Shown one piece after another: positions 10,855 to 24,245 of a stretch of 64,000 nt of DNA. The translations under genes were made by a program, and so were the position numbers. The stretch spans positions 27,528,001 through 27,592,000 of the forward strand of contig OZ024760.1 in assembly GCA_964016885.1 (NCBI GenBank). The letters run 5' to 3'. Source of the stretch: Eledone cirrhosa. Taxonomy: Eukaryota. The notes beneath the pieces were generated by a model. That model worked only from the letters and a program-made list of their open reading frames with translations. It had not been told where the DNA came from and did not search any database. The stretch's first letter is position 1. Each line of letters begins with the position of its first letter.

Positions 10855-11113
10855 TATTATAATAAATTTATAAATTTCCGGTTGGTTGGTTGGTTCCACA
10901 ACCAGATGATTGTTTATATATTGTCAAAGTTCTTTCGTCACACATTCTGATGGCGTAGGACAGAACAAAGGAGAGGCACAAAAACAAAGAAAAGAATCCC
11001 AGTCACTGAAGAGGTCACAGAATGTGTGACGAAAGAACTTTGACAATATATAAACAATCATCTGGTTGTGGAACCAACCAACCAACCGGAAATTTATAAA
11101 TTTATGATAATAA
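10855..11113. mobile_element. Foldback element with hammerhead-like motif at 11002-11044 (+)
   Basis: Arms of about 95 bp. Motif GTCA-CTGAAGA-G-GTCACA gaatg TGTGAC-GAA-AG aa CT-T-TGAC. Confidence 0.7.
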
Positions 11114-11150
11114 ATTACGATTTATGATAATAAATAACGCTTGAGAGTGG

Positions 11151-11208
<58 letters not shown>

Positions 11209-11351
11209 CAACTGTGACATAAACATTCGATATTTCCACTTAACTTTTACTTCGTTATATATATGTAGAAAGTGAGTAATATTTTAGAACAATAAAACTA
11301 TGCATATATCAGATAAGTAGCACTCAACAGTTGGTAGAACTGGAGTATATA

Positions 11352-11635
11352 TAATAAAGAAGAAATTAAAAGATGGTTAAAAGAGTTCCATATATTTTAT
11401 TATGCGCATTTCGGATACAAAATCATCCTGAGACAAAAATTGTGTTCTCATCAGATAAAATAAGGTAACATGATATGTAGACTTAGCACTTTCATGTAAA
11501 CAAGTGCTATTATGCCTCATATCATGTTAGCTTATTTCATCTGATGAGAACACAATTTTTGTCCCAGGATGATTTTGTATTCGAAATGCGCATAATAAAA
11601 TATATGGAACTCTTTTAACCATCTTTTAATTTCTT

Positions 11636-11640
<5 letters not shown>
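11352..11640. mobile_element. Foldback element family F3 with a hammerhead in each arm (11393-11462 minus; 11533-11602 plus)
   Basis: TATTTTAT-CTGATGA-GAACACAA..TTGTAT(T/C)C-GAA-ATGCGCAT-A-ATAAAATA: 8-bp stem I, palindromic stem III, AUA cleavage triplet. Confidence 0.8.
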
Positions 11641-11691
<51 letters not shown>

Positions 11692-11845
11692 CGAAGGAGG
11701 TGTGGTAAGGAACTAGATGGACCATAACGCACCAGAGTACTCAATACTTAGGGTAGTAGAGTGGGTAATAGAAAAAAGTTTAACACCGACGGCAGAAATA
11801 ACCGTCGAAACGGCTTGAGCTCTGCCGTCGGGGTTAAACTTTTTC

Positions 11846-11897
<52 letters not shown>

Positions 11898-12192
11898 GCA
11901 CATATATATATATATAGATATTTAACTACCTATCAATCAACATAAAAGCCGAGGTCCTGTCAAGAAAATCCACTCCAACACCAACACAGCTAGCGCCACC
12001 AGTGGGGAGTCGGGAAGTTAAACAGCTGAGGGTTGTGGTAAGGTATGGTGTAAGAACCCAGGACTGATATTTAATCAAAAAGAGACAGGACCATGTCGTC
12101 AAACATGAATTGCATTTAAAGGGGACAAAACCACCACTCCCTGCCATGTATATATATATATATGTATATATATATATGTATATATATATATG

Positions 12193-12247
<55 letters not shown>

Positions 12248-12314
12248 TGGGTCGTTAAATTTGTTTTTTTTTTCTACAAATTTTATACTTGACGACCCAA
12301 TATATATATATAAA

Positions 12315-12352
<38 letters not shown>

Positions 12353-12354
12353 AA

Positions 12355-12390
<36 letters not shown>

Positions 12391-12449
12391 TTTATATATA
12401 TATATATATAAATATTTATATATATATATATATATATATATAAATATTT

Positions 12450-12480
<31 letters not shown>

Positions 12481-12552
12481 AATATTTACATATATATATA
12501 TATATATATATATATGTAAATATTTATATATATATATATATATATATGTAAA

Positions 12553-12636
<84 letters not shown>

Positions 12637-12666
12637 TTTATATATATATATATATATATATATAAA

Positions 12667-12702
<36 letters not shown>

Positions 12703-12719
12703 TTTATATATATATATAT

Positions 12720-12930
12720 GGGTTGTGTATTGTGTTCTTGAGCAAAACACTTCATTTCACGCTGTTCTAGTATTCTCAGCTGAAAATGAGTACCAGCAAT
12801 AGCTGGGGGTTTAACCCTATGATGGACTGGCGTCCTGTCCAGGGGAGAGTCTTGTACTCTCAGTCGCTTCACGCCACGAAACCGGGATAAGCACCGGCCA
12901 AATGTGCCATCTAGCTTAAGAGAGACTTGA
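12720..12930 (+). mobile_element. Family-B SINE, 5'-truncated
   Basis: TGTGTTCTTGAGCAAAACACTTCATTTCAC...GATGGACTGGCGTCCTGTCCAGGGG; homologous to the minus strand of 32070-32575. Confidence 0.75.
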
Positions 12931-13406
12931 GACTTTAGATATATATAAAAAACAATTGTGTTCTGTGTGAAAAAAACACACCTACCACCACTGCTGCTGC
13001 TACTATCATGACTACACACCCCTCAAAACACAAGAGTTCATTTTTCCAGTCTCCTTCTCAACAAGGAAGATGAAAAAAACTTACCTCATAATTTTAAATC
13101 TTTTATTTTTGGTTTTTAATTCTTATTAATTATTTTTAATTGTAATACTCAACATTTGATAAGATGAATTTTACTAATACATCGAAACCTTTATACATTA
13201 TATACATTATATACATTATATACTTTATATACTTTATATACTTTATAAAACTTCTTTTTTTTTTAAATTGTCTCTCATTTTTTCAATAATGTCACTTTGA
13301 CGAATCAAACAAGGAAAAAAAAAGAAAATCGGACCCTTAAATATATTTTCCGCGCTATTTCCAATTTCACCCCCTCTCTCTCTCTCTCTGTATATATATA
13401 TATGTG

Positions 13407-13481
<75 letters not shown>

Positions 13482-13769
13482 ATATGAGGGACTCATTTTA
13501 TAACATGTAATCCATGTGCAACCATGCAGTATTCTTCTCCCCATATTTTTCATATATATATATATATATATATATAGGAACCAAGGAAAACTAACCATGG
13601 TTTGTGTCGGTCAAAAATTAGAACGCGGCAGAATTAATGTTTTCTTATGTTGGTCAAAAATTTTAACGAGAGATAAAAGAATGGCTTTTGATGGTCAAAA
13701 GCTAGAATTCGTGGGAAGTGGGAACCACTCTTGACCAGTGTCGGTCAAAAAAAAAAAAAAAAATCACTC

Positions 13770-15315
13770 ACGGCAATCAGAAGAGAGGTAGGTGTAAAAG
13801 TCAAACTCACTCTGTTTAATTCGGTGTTTGTCCATACCCTTAATTATGGCCACGAATTTTGGGTAATGGCCGAACGAATACGATTCCGAATACAAGTGGT
13901 CGAAATGGGGCTCTTCCAAGGGGTCTTGATAGAGTGCATAGCTCGGAGATCAGCGAGTCGCTTCATCTAGAGCCGCTATTTCTCCGAATTGAGAGATCAC
14001 AGCTCTGATACTGTGGGCATGTAGTTAGAATGTCTCAGGAAAGAATCGCTGGACAGATTTGTAGCTCGAAGATAGACAGAGTCACTCCAAGTAGAGCTGC
14101 TACTTCTCCGAATTGAGAGATCACAGCTCTGATACTATGGGCATGTGGTTAGAATGTCTCAGGAAAGAATCGCTGGACAGATTTGTAGCTCGGAGAACAG
14201 AGAGTCACTCCAGGTAGAGCTGCTACTTCCCCGAATTGAGAGATCACAGCTCTGATACTATGGGCATGTGGTTAGAATGTCTCAGGTAAGAATCGCTGGA
14301 CAGATTTGTAGCTCGAAGATAGACAGAGTCACTCCAAGTAGAGCTGCTACTTCTCCGAATTGAGAGATCACAGCTCTGATACTATGGGCATGTGGTTAGA
14401 ATGTCTCAGGTAAGAATCGCTGGACAGATTTGTAGCTCGAAGATAGAAAGAGTCACTCCAGGTAGAGCTGCTACTTCTCCGAATTGAGAGATCACAGCTC
14501 TGATACTATGGGCATGTGGTTAGAATGTCTCAGGAAAGAATCGCTGGACAGATTTGTAGCTCGAAGATAGAAAGAGTCACTCCATGTAGAGCTGCTACTT
14601 CTCCGAATTGAGAGATCACAGCTCTGATACTATGGGCATGTGGTTAGAATGTCTCAGGTAAGAATCGCTGGACAGATTTGTAGCTCGAAGATAGAAAGAG
14701 TCACTCCAGGTAGAGCTGCTACTTCTCCGAATTGAGAGATAACAGTTCTGATACTATGGACATGTGGTTAGAATGTCTCAGGAAAGAATCACTGGATAGA
14801 TTTGTAGCTCAGAGATCAGAGAATCACTCCAGGTAGAGCTACTACTTCTCCGAATTGAGAGATCACAGCTCTGATACTATGGACATGTGGTTAGAATGTC
14901 TCAGGAAAGAATCACTGGACAGATTTGTAGCTCGGAGATCAGAGAGTCACTCCAGGTAGAGCTGCTACTTCTCCGAATTGAGAGATCACAGCTCCAATAC
15001 TATGGACATGTGGTTAGAATGTCTCAGGAAATATCACTGGATAGATTTGTAGCTCAGAGATCAGAGAATCACTCCAGGTAGAGCTGCTACTTCTCTGAAT
15101 TGAGAGACAACAGCTCCGATACTATGGACATGTAGTTAGAATATCTCAGGAAAGAATCACTGGACAGATTTGTAGCTCGGAGATCAGAGAGTCACTCCAG
15201 GTAGAGCTGCTACTTCTCCGAATTGAGAGATCACAGCTCTGATACTATGAACATGTGGTTAGAATGTCTCAGGAAAGAATCTCTAGACAGATTTTACGGC
15301 AGGAGACTCATGGCT
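13770..15315 (+). mobile_element. RTE-clade LINE relic whose 123-bp internal segment is tandemly amplified about 11 times
   Basis: KVKLTLFNSVFVHTLNYGHEFWVMAERIRFRIQVVEMG is followed by repeated ESLQVELLLLRIERSQL*YYGHVVRMSQER, typical of the RTE post-RT region. Units are spaced 122-124 bp (13981 to 15215). Confidence 0.85.
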
Positions 15316-16124
15316 AGAAAAGGGTTGGTTTCACTTAGGGTTAGCTTTGCTTTTCATCCTTTAGGGGTCGATAAAATAATGTACCAGGAACACACTGGAT
15401 TCGATATAATCGACTTTCCCCTCCCCAAAATTGCTGGCCTTGAGCCTAAATCAGAAACCTTTATTGTAAATGTGGATTATTTGATAAATAAAATTACGTC
15501 AACCTTACCCGTACGTGTAATAACAACAACAAAAACAACAGTAACAACAACAACAATAAACAGATCAATAATAAATATGGAAAAATATTTATAATAAAAA
15601 TAATTTGTGTAAAGTATAAATAACAACATAACAAAAATATAGGAAGGTAAAAATATATATATTTTATATCATATATTGTATAGAAAGATGGCAGCTGTAA
15701 AAAATAAGTCCAATATGATTTGTATATATATATATATAGAGATGTATATATATTTCAATGTTTATATTATGATACAGGGAAATGATAAAGAAAATATATG
15801 GTTACATTTAAATATTCTCTCCCTCATATATACATTATATATATATATGAGAGAGAGAGAGACTGCTAATACTATCTGTCGGGCGCAAATCCAGGCAGAA
15901 GGAGTAACGTGTCTTGCTCGGGAATCGAACTCACAACCACTCGATTGCGAATCCAATTCTCTAACCACTTAGCCACGCGCCTTTACTACATACATACATA
16001 CATAGATGGAAAGTTATATTTAAATTGTTGGGTTAACAACGAGTAAACTGCCAAATCAACTTCCCAAATGCAAGTCGATTGAAAGGTATGTCATATCTAT
16101 TTATTTATAAGACTGTTTATATTG

Positions 16125-16190
16125 TATTTTGTCTGATGAAGGCATAACATATTGTTAATATGATATCCCTGAAATATATATAATGAAATA
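16125..16190 (+). ncRNA. Type I hammerhead-like motif
   Basis: TATTTTGT-CTGATGA-AGG...CCT-GAA-ATATATAT-A-ATGAAATA. The downstream sequence is shared with 40441-40475. Confidence 0.65.
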
Positions 16191-16262
16191 AATATGGTTT
16201 TATAAATATAGTTTCCATTTATTTAATATCATACATACATACATATATATATATATATATGA

Positions 16263-16648
16263 GAGTGGCCCTTATTTTTCAACTTTCTAAAAGTTTAGCT
16301 CCCATCACCCTATCTTGTTCTATTAACAAGAACCTAATCCATGCACAATTCTAGCTCAAGCAAACAACTCCAAGGCGACCCAAATCGACCGCGAAAGTTG
16401 GAAGTTTTCGCCTGGAAAGTCATTTTTTTCAGATAAAATTTTGTTATCTCTTATATAATTTTCTCTTAAATTAAAAACTTGTTCAGACTTATTCTTGGTC
16501 TTAGAAGGATAAGTGACAATAAATATAATGGGGAAGGTAACTTGCAAAACTGGGTACAGAGCGCAGGTTTAGGGCCAACATGTATTTTTCTCTGTGGGAG
16601 CAGCAAAATTTTTACTTTCGGAAAATTACCTATTGCTAAGGGCCACCC
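16263..16648. mobile_element. Putative MITE
   Basis: Ends GAGTGGCCCTTA / TAAGGGCCACCC, next to TA. Confidence 0.45.
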
Positions 16649-16707
16649 TAATATACATATATCTGTATGTGGTTGACAGCTGAGAGAAATGAGTACTTGG
16701 TATTCAG

Positions 16708-16756
<49 letters not shown>

Positions 16757-16822
16757 TAGATTACGATAATCAAAGTTCAGTTTAAATGATTTAAACTGAA
16801 CTTTGATTATTGTAATCTCTAT
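16757..16822. repeat. Short foldback next to (TA)n
   Basis: AGATTACGATAATCAAAGTTCAGTTTAAAT-G-ATTTAAACTGAACTTTGATTATTGTAATCT. Confidence 0.8.
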
Positions 16823-16987
16823 ATAACTGCTCTGTAAAACAACTGATGTTATTACATTGAGCTATTTATCTTACTGGTAATAAGATAGTAATAAATGACT
16901 ATCTTTCACTATTTGGAGTTTGTATAAAAAATATATAACCATAAAAGGTTTTATTATATACATAACCATAAATAGTATCCTTAATAC

Positions 16988-17018
<31 letters not shown>

Positions 17019-17507
17019 ACTCTCCTTACAATCCTTGCGTTCATATTTCTCCTTGTATTTGTATATAAACAAGTACATAGATAGAAGGAGAAAAGGAGAG
17101 CAAGGAAAGGAAGAGCAGCCGTGAGGTTGTGAGTTATGTTCTTCCGTTGAAAGAATTGTACTGCACCTAATGGTGGTGTAGAGAAATAAAATATTAAGAA
17201 ACATAAGTCAGTCATAAACTGAACTAATGACTTATCCGGGTTTGAAAATGGTCGAGATAGGGAACAGTATACCGCTTTTGAACAGAATTAATCGTTGCGT
17301 GAACTATGTTCCAACTTCAAGGTGTTTGAGGGTCGCCTAGCAGTTGTCCGATTGAGCTGAAAATTTGCCCCCCCCCCCTGTTTGTTTGTTGATTGGAGCA
17401 GGATTAGGGGGGTGGGAGCAGCAAATTCAATGAGTACATCACAGAATGAGTTTTACAGTAGATCGGAAGCACTCTACAGAAAAAAAAATAATTTTCCAGA
17501 GTTATTA

Positions 17508-17809
17508 ATATTAAAATACAAATATGAATAAAATAGATGTTCTTTTGATCAATTACATTTTATTATACATATTTCAGAGGTACAACAGTACGTCCTCATC
17601 AGACAAAATATAATGATACATGACATACCCTAAGATGTTAAATGGTTAAGATTTACTACCTTGATTAAATCTCAACCATTTAACATCTCAGGGTATGTCA
17701 TGTATCATTATATTTTGTCTGATGAAGACGTACTGTTGTACCTCTAAAATATGTATAATAAAATGCAATTGATCAAAAGAACATCTATTTTATTAATATT
17801 TGTATTTTA

Positions 17810-17813
<4 letters not shown>
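17508..17813. mobile_element. Foldback element with hammerheads (17556-17610 minus intact; 17711-17765 plus with GAAA->AAAA)
   Basis: Arms of about 145 bp. Motif TATTTTGT-CTGATGA-GGACGTAC tgtt GTACCTCT-GAA-ATATGTAT-A-ATAAAATG. Confidence 0.8.
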
Positions 17814-17872
<59 letters not shown>

Positions 17873-17894
17873 TTTGAGTATACATTCAAACATA

Positions 17895-18090
17895 CATGAT
17901 GGCTGCAAACTCTGCTAAGAGTAATGTAATCGCTTGTCAGGTTCAGATGTGTGACACTCGGATATGGCTTTTCAAGCCTGCTAGAGACTTGCACTCATTG
18001 GCACATTGACGACAACTATGGATCCCCCTGGCCCCAGGTCTTGCATCAGGTGGCCTGTGAACCCTCACAATACCGTGGAGATCATAGTTC
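17895..18090 (-). mobile_element. RTE-type LINE 3' end fragment
   Basis: Minus strand encodes HSCRQCANECKSLAGLKSHIRVSH, a C2H2-like C-terminus, followed by a tail ending GCAGCCATCATGTATGT. Confidence 0.55.
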
Positions 18091-18125
18091 ACATACTTAT
18101 ACATATTTATCATACATACATATAT

Positions 18126-18345
18126 GATGATGGCTGCCCCCTCGTTATCGAGTATGGCCATTGCACGATATACCATTATTAATAATTATTAATTAATGCT
18201 ATCGTGCAATGCATGTGCCTGAAGATCATTTTTAAAGTGAGGAAAGACTGTGCACTGAGCCAATCCCACTCTCTGAGCGACAGTAGCTATAACCCGAAAA
18301 GAAGAAAAGATCAACATCATCGGTAACTACTGAGTCGCAAACGAG
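18126..18345 (-). mobile_element. Dispersed repeat with an RTE-like 3' tail; second copy at 38629-38840
   Basis: About 210 bp near-identical between the two sites. Minus strand ends CTCGATAACGAGG(G/T)GGCAGCCATCAT. Confidence 0.7.
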
Positions 18346-18485
18346 GCTGCTACCAAGTGGTCACTGTAAAACTTGCCAAAAATAGCAGCCAAATCTACCT
18401 CATGTCACAAATCCCGTCTTAAAAGAAGGATGTATGTATATAATACTAAATATAAAGACGGAAATCCAGGAGGACTCGATAAGGG

Positions 18486-18561
<76 letters not shown>

Positions 18562-18599
18562 GTGTATATATATGTATATAAACTAGTAAAGCAAATATT

Positions 18600-18742
18600 T
18601 ATTATTAGTACAGATTAAAAGTTGAAGCAATGAATTTCTGCTTTCACCCTAAGCATCTTAAGCGGGATCATATGAGGTCCTCCTTTGGGCGAAAGCAGTA
18701 ATTCTTTGCTTCAACTTTTAATATGTACGGATAATAATAATA
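18600..18742. mobile_element. Foldback element family F4, diverged
   Basis: Arms ATTAAAAGTTGAAGCAA..CTGCTTTC / GAAAGCAG..TTGCTTCAACTTTTAAT. Relatives lie at 28735-28885, 53525-53690 and 53815-53910. Confidence 0.65.
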
Positions 18743-19261
18743 ATTACGCACACACACACATTATATATATATACCATTTCCTGTCAGCATGACTTGGCAA
18801 GCTATTTAGAACACTGGTTTAACCGCTTTACTTCCCTCCGAAGAAGAGATATTATCTCGAAAATTAAGGACATTTAAATAAATCTAAGGTAAAAGACTAA
18901 TTGTCAACAATATCTTTTGCATTTGCATTCTTTATTCTATGTCCATACCTGCATTGTTTTGGCTTTATTATACATATACAAACGTTTATATATATATATA
19001 TATATATAACCTTACTACAAATATATATACATATATATATATATATTTCGTCTTTTTGTCTCGGCACATGGCCAGAGTGGTTGTATCAGAACGTTTGTGC
19101 GGAAACGTTCAGTGAAATAGTCAACTTGTCAATGACCAGGTCATAGATGCTCGACGAAACATTGACAACTTTAAACTATACAGTACTACAAGAATACGGT
19201 GGGCAAACGTATGTCTTTTATGTGTTCATTATGACTCTACCACGGTGAAATAGAGAAATTC

Positions 19262-19295
<34 letters not shown>

Positions 19296-21246
19296 GCGAT
19301 GTCAGATCAAGCCATTTGCTTTTCTAGAGAAACACTCCCAAATTTAGGGCACAGTTTTATAATAAAGATCTATAAAAATTCGTCAACAGAAACTCGGGTA
19401 CAACTTTGTTTTTTAAGGGTTTTAAATTTCTGAAAAATGGATAATCCCCTTTTTTTTCTTGCTTTCTGTGTCTTTTTTTTTTCATCTTTTTATTTTTAAT
19501 AACAATTCTTCCAGTCACTTCTATGTGCCAGCACACTTCCCTTTGTCCTCCTCTTTCAATCTTTTCTATATATCATCTATCTGTCATTGAACTTATCGAT
19601 AGTCTCTCTGTTGACCAATGGCCACTGGTCTATGTCCTCTTATTTTTAATAATAATTATTCCAGTCACTTCTGTGCACCAGCACACTTTTCTCTGTCCTC
19701 TTCATCTTTCAATATTTTCTATATTTCCTCTGCCTGTCACCCACCTTGTGGATTCTCACTCTGTTCACCACGGACCACTGGTCTCTGTCCTCTCAGGCAA
19801 TTTCGCCCATCTTGTCTTTGACAGTATTTAGCTGTTTTAACGGCCGTTCTAGCGATCAGTTTTCTCATTTTTATATCTATTTATTCCCTGTTTGATAATT
19901 TTGAAACACATTGTTGTTGAGCGTATCACATCGAGTTATATTCAATATCATATAGATTGATTTTTAGCTCGAGTACTAGACACCAGATTCAAAATATAAT
20001 ACCGATCTCTGTATTACGGTCGTAAGGTCAACTTATGGACTGGACTTGATCTTTGCTCTTTAAACTCTGCTGCTGGTGATCGAACTTTGTAGAGAAGAAT
20101 ATCCCATGTTGATGTGCAGTCTGCAATTGGCGGAGTTTAGCGTCCCACAACACCCACACCCACACCCACACACCGATCTCTATATGGGATTTTATCTACC
20201 CTCGGATAGCCGAAAGCACGTTAACTTCGGCGAGGGTTGAACCCAGAAAGTAGGGAGATGTAACTATACAGTATATCATATTGTCAATACCCTGGCATTG
20301 TTATATTGTATATCACATTGATGGAAGCGTGTGAGACGCATTCAGAATGGAGTGTTTAAAAAATCGTATATTGTATATCCTTTAATTGAGTCATTTTGGA
20401 TACGATATCACATCCAACTGAGCTCCATGTTGGACAAGATATCACACTAGATCATGTTAGATACGATATTGTGTCGCGGTGAATAAGCCATTATATTTCA
20501 CTGTGATCCATGTTGATTAAGATATCACACAAGATCCTGTGAGATACGATATTATGTCATATTTCTCTGAGATCCATGTTAAATAAGATATCGTAGTAGA
20601 TCCTGTGAGATACGATATGATGTCATGCCTAATGCACCGTTATATTTCACCGTCATCCATGTTAAATAAGATATCACACTAGATCTGCGAGATACGATAT
20701 TATGTCATGGTGAACGCCAACATGTTGAGACATATATGATACCAGAATGAGTCATATTAATTATCACACACATATTATTGGTTATTCCACTGAGAACCAT
20801 GTTGTGTAAGATATCACCTTATATAATGCTGGGTCACATGAAAAAACGTCATCAATTTATAACAAGTTCAATATCAAAGCGAAGAGGTTATGTTGAATAT
20901 CAACCCAGCTAATTATACAACGTTATAATGGCCATGTTGGATATCCCACCGAGATCCATGTTAGATAATATAGAAGGCTAATGCATGCTGGGTATGGTAT
21001 TGTGTCGTGACGAACGCCATCAATTTGAGACATATTCGAATTAGCACCGAGGAGGCCTCGTTGAATATCATCCCGGCGAATTCTACAACTTTATAATACC
21101 ATCTTGGATATTTCTCCTTGAATCAGTTTGTTTAAGGCACCGCTGATTTCACTTATTTATCGCATTTCACTCCTTAAAATAATTTAAATAAGGTTTTTTT
21201 CTCATAGACGTTAATATTGCGTTAGCGACCAATATTTTACTATCTG

Positions 21247-21363
21247 TTGGCTGGCTGGTCGGTTGGTTGGTTGGTCGGTTGGTTGGTTGGTTGGGTGGCT
21301 GGCTGGCTGGCTGGTCGGTTGGTTGGTTGGTTGGTTGGTTGGTTGGTTGGTTGGTTGGTTGGT
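21247..21363. repeat. (GGTT)n/(GGCT)n microsatellite
   Basis: Direct reading. Confidence 0.95.
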
Positions 21364-21460
21364 TCTTTCTTTTCATCTTTCTTTCTTTCCCATCGGGTCT
21401 GATATAGATGTGTTTCAACGTTGTAGTTGTTCGTATCGCTTCCCAGCCAACGTCAATCTG

Positions 21461-21474
21461 GTTGTCATGGTAAC
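21461..21474. promoter_or_regulatory. Candidate RFX X-box
   Basis: GTTGTCATGGTAAC matches the RFX palindromic consensus GTTGCCATGGCAAC at 12 of 14 positions. Confidence 0.35.
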
Positions 21475-21614
21475 GATATATATACCAATCTAACAACGAG
21501 TCCGTACATCGTTTCTTTTGTTGTTGTTGCTGTTGTTGTTCCATCTATTTTGTCGATTTATATTTTTTAGTTGGCAAATTTTTGTTTTTCTTTTTGTTTG
21601 TTTGTTTTTCTTCT

Positions 21615-22778
21615 TCATACTTCAAGAATTTCACGAAGTTTCGTTATGTAGACCTGTGCTAGTTGCAAAGTATCATATTTGGACATTTTCCCATGGGCTG
21701 GAACCACAGCTCTGAGGTTGTCGAAAGCCACATTCAAGCTACTCATACGACGACGTTCCCGAGCGTTGGCCGCGATTCGACGTTTCTTTAGCACGTCTTT
21801 TCCTCCGACAAATGTATTGTCGTTGTAGTTTAGGTCTTTGGAGGTCACACACGGTTTAATTTGCTTCTCGCCGCCGGTAACACCAACGGTTTTGGTCTGC
21901 GCAGCAGTATTTGGTACTATATTCACATACTTCCGTTTACCCATCACGCCAGTACTTCCGTTGTTAATCCGGGGCGACGATTGTATATCTATCACATCTT
22001 TCGCTGGTCGTTCATTGTTAAAGTTTGTTACTTCTCTCGAGGTTTGCGTTTTTGGAAGAACTTTTGAAGGTTGATGCTTGGTTGGGGTTGTTGCTTTTAG
22101 TGGTGTTGTTGGTGTTGTTGTTGATGGTGCTGATTTTAGTGGGGGTGGTGTTGTTGGTGGTGTTGTTGCTGTAGTTTCTATGTGCTTTGGGCAATGGTAA
22201 CAATGATGATGCTGATGATATTGTTGTTTGAGATGAAGATAAGGAACTGGGTGAGGTTGAGGATCTACATTAGCTTTTGATTGGTCGACGACAGAGGCTG
22301 GCGTTTCATCAGCGGAAGACGCAGTGCTGTGCTGAGCTTCCCATATAAACTGGGTGGGTTTCATGTAGAAAAAGACTGGACGGTTTGGGTTAAACTCATC
22401 ATCACTTGGCGTAGAATGTCTTTCAGACATGGCTGCCAAACTGCGATGGATAATCCTACTGCTTTCACCAAAATCTATAGAATCCATATCTCTGCATTTT
22501 GATTTATCGTTGGTTTTGCAATTGTCGTTGTTGTTGTGGTTGTGGTTGTTTGCGGTGCAACACTTTTCTTCGTTGTTGTTGTTGCAGTCGCCTGAACAGA
22601 TTTCTTTGCAGTTACAAAAACAGGCAACCATATCAAGATTCTCTCCCCAAAAGGTATCGGATTCTTTAAGTTCTAACCACGTGTAATCCCGCGAAATCTC
22701 GTTTGCTTCGCAAACAATCTCGTCTTCGTGATACAAAAGATTATAATAACTGTTTTGTGAACTGGAATTAAATTTCAT
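21615..22778 (-). CDS. ato: Atonal-family (ATOH1/ato/amos-like) proneural bHLH transcription factor, single ORF of 387 aa
   Basis: C-terminal [30 protein letters not shown]...[18 protein letters not shown] carries the atonal signature [13 protein letters not shown] and SKY(E/D)TLQxAQ. The ATG start is predicted. The exact paralogue is not resolved. Confidence 0.92.
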   Translation of the reverse strand: MKFNSSSQNSYYNLLYHEDEIVCEANEISRDYTWLELKESDTFWGENLDMVACFCNCKEICSGDCNNNNEEKCCTANNHNHNNNDNCKTNDKSKCRDMDSIDFGESSRIIHRSLAAMSERHSTPSDDEFNPNRPVFFYMKPTQFIWEAQHSTASSADETPASVVDQSKANVDPQPHPVPYLHLKQQYHQHHHCYHCPKHIETTATTPPTTPPPLKSAPSTTTPTTPLKATTPTKHQPSKVLPKTQTSREVTNFNNERPAKDVIDIQSSPRINNGSTGVMGKRKYVNIVPNTAAQTKTVGVTGGEKQIKPCVTSKDLNYNDNTFVGGKDVLKKRRIAANARERRRMSSLNVAFDNLRAVVPAHGKMSKYDTLQLAQVYITKLREILEV

Positions 22779-22984
22779 TTTGTTTGTTCGTTTTTTTTTT
22801 TTAATGCTTTATGATAATTCTTTTGTTGTTTTTTAAATATATAAATCTATGCAAAGCAAAGCATAATATATATATATATATATATATGTGTATATATATT
22901 TATATATACATATAGAATAACTTATACAAAGTCACCGACGAGTAGATAGAGATGGTTTGTTATTTGGTGATAAATAACCTTATG

Positions 22985-23051
<67 letters not shown>

Positions 23052-23178
23052 TCCAACTTTTTGTCCTGGTTTAAAATAAAAGTGTTCGTTGAAACGGAAA
23101 ATCGAAGAGAGTATAATTCAACCAAATATACAAAACATATATGTACAGTCATATAAAAATATATAAATATAGACATAT

Positions 23179-23254
<76 letters not shown>

Positions 23255-23771
23255 AATGAAGATAATATATACAAACAGAGATAAAACCTCTTAAAAAATA
23301 TTTCTTCCTGTTAAAATATAAAAAGTTAAAAATGGTAGATTATATAAAAATACGTAATGAATTCTTGACTGGAATAAAACCATTTTGAAGAATGTTTTTT
23401 TTTTGTGTTCGATGTTTTGGGAGTTTTTTGTATATTTTGGTATAAATAGTTGTTTTTTTTTGTTTTATTTGTCTTGTCTTTGTCTTTTTTTTTTGTAAAA
23501 TCTTTTAAAGAATATAAATATTAATTAAATAAATATAAAATAATTAAATACAGTTACTATTACTATTATTACTTTCTGCGGCCCCTGTGGCCAATAAAGG
23601 AAATATTGTTATTACTTTCTTTAGCATAGAGTAACGACCCTTTACGTTATATATATATGTCTGTCTGATGAGCGTTATTAAATGTGTGTTTATATATACA
23701 GATATATATATATACAGATATAGATGTATATATACAGATATATATATATACAGATATAGATATATATATAC

Positions 23772-23806
<35 letters not shown>

Positions 23807-23871
23807 TTATGTGTTATGTATTTCCGTAGAAAAGGTAAAGGAAAGAAGAGTGCTCTACGTATAGTACAGAG

Positions 23872-23916
<45 letters not shown>

Positions 23917-24029
23917 AATTCAAGTACGGATATCAAAATAAATGTAAAATGTCCCGTAGGGTTGCATGTATTACCGGACAGGTGATCGATAATCGATATT
24001 GGTGCAGAAACAGATTTAATGAGTCCAGC

Positions 24030-24245
24030 ACGGAAGGCTTCTTGAGTGAAGGCTTACTGAGTGAAGGCCTCTTGAGTGAAGGCTTCCTGAGTGAAGGCTT
24101 CCTGAGTGAAGGCTTCTTGAGTGAAGGCTTCCTGAGTGAAGGCTTCTTGAGTGAAGGCTTACTGAGTGAAGGCTTACTGAGTGAAGGCTTCTTGAGTGAA
24201 GTTTCACTGAGCAAAGATTTACTAAGTGTAAACTTACTGAGTGTG
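24030..24245. repeat. 15-bp minisatellite (GAGTGAAGGCTTCTT)n, about 12 copies
   Basis: Direct reading; degenerates at the right end. Confidence 0.9.

Noticed and set aside
17711-17765. Functional hammerhead in the right arm
   Set aside because: The conserved GAAA is mutated to AAAA; only the left-arm copy is intact.
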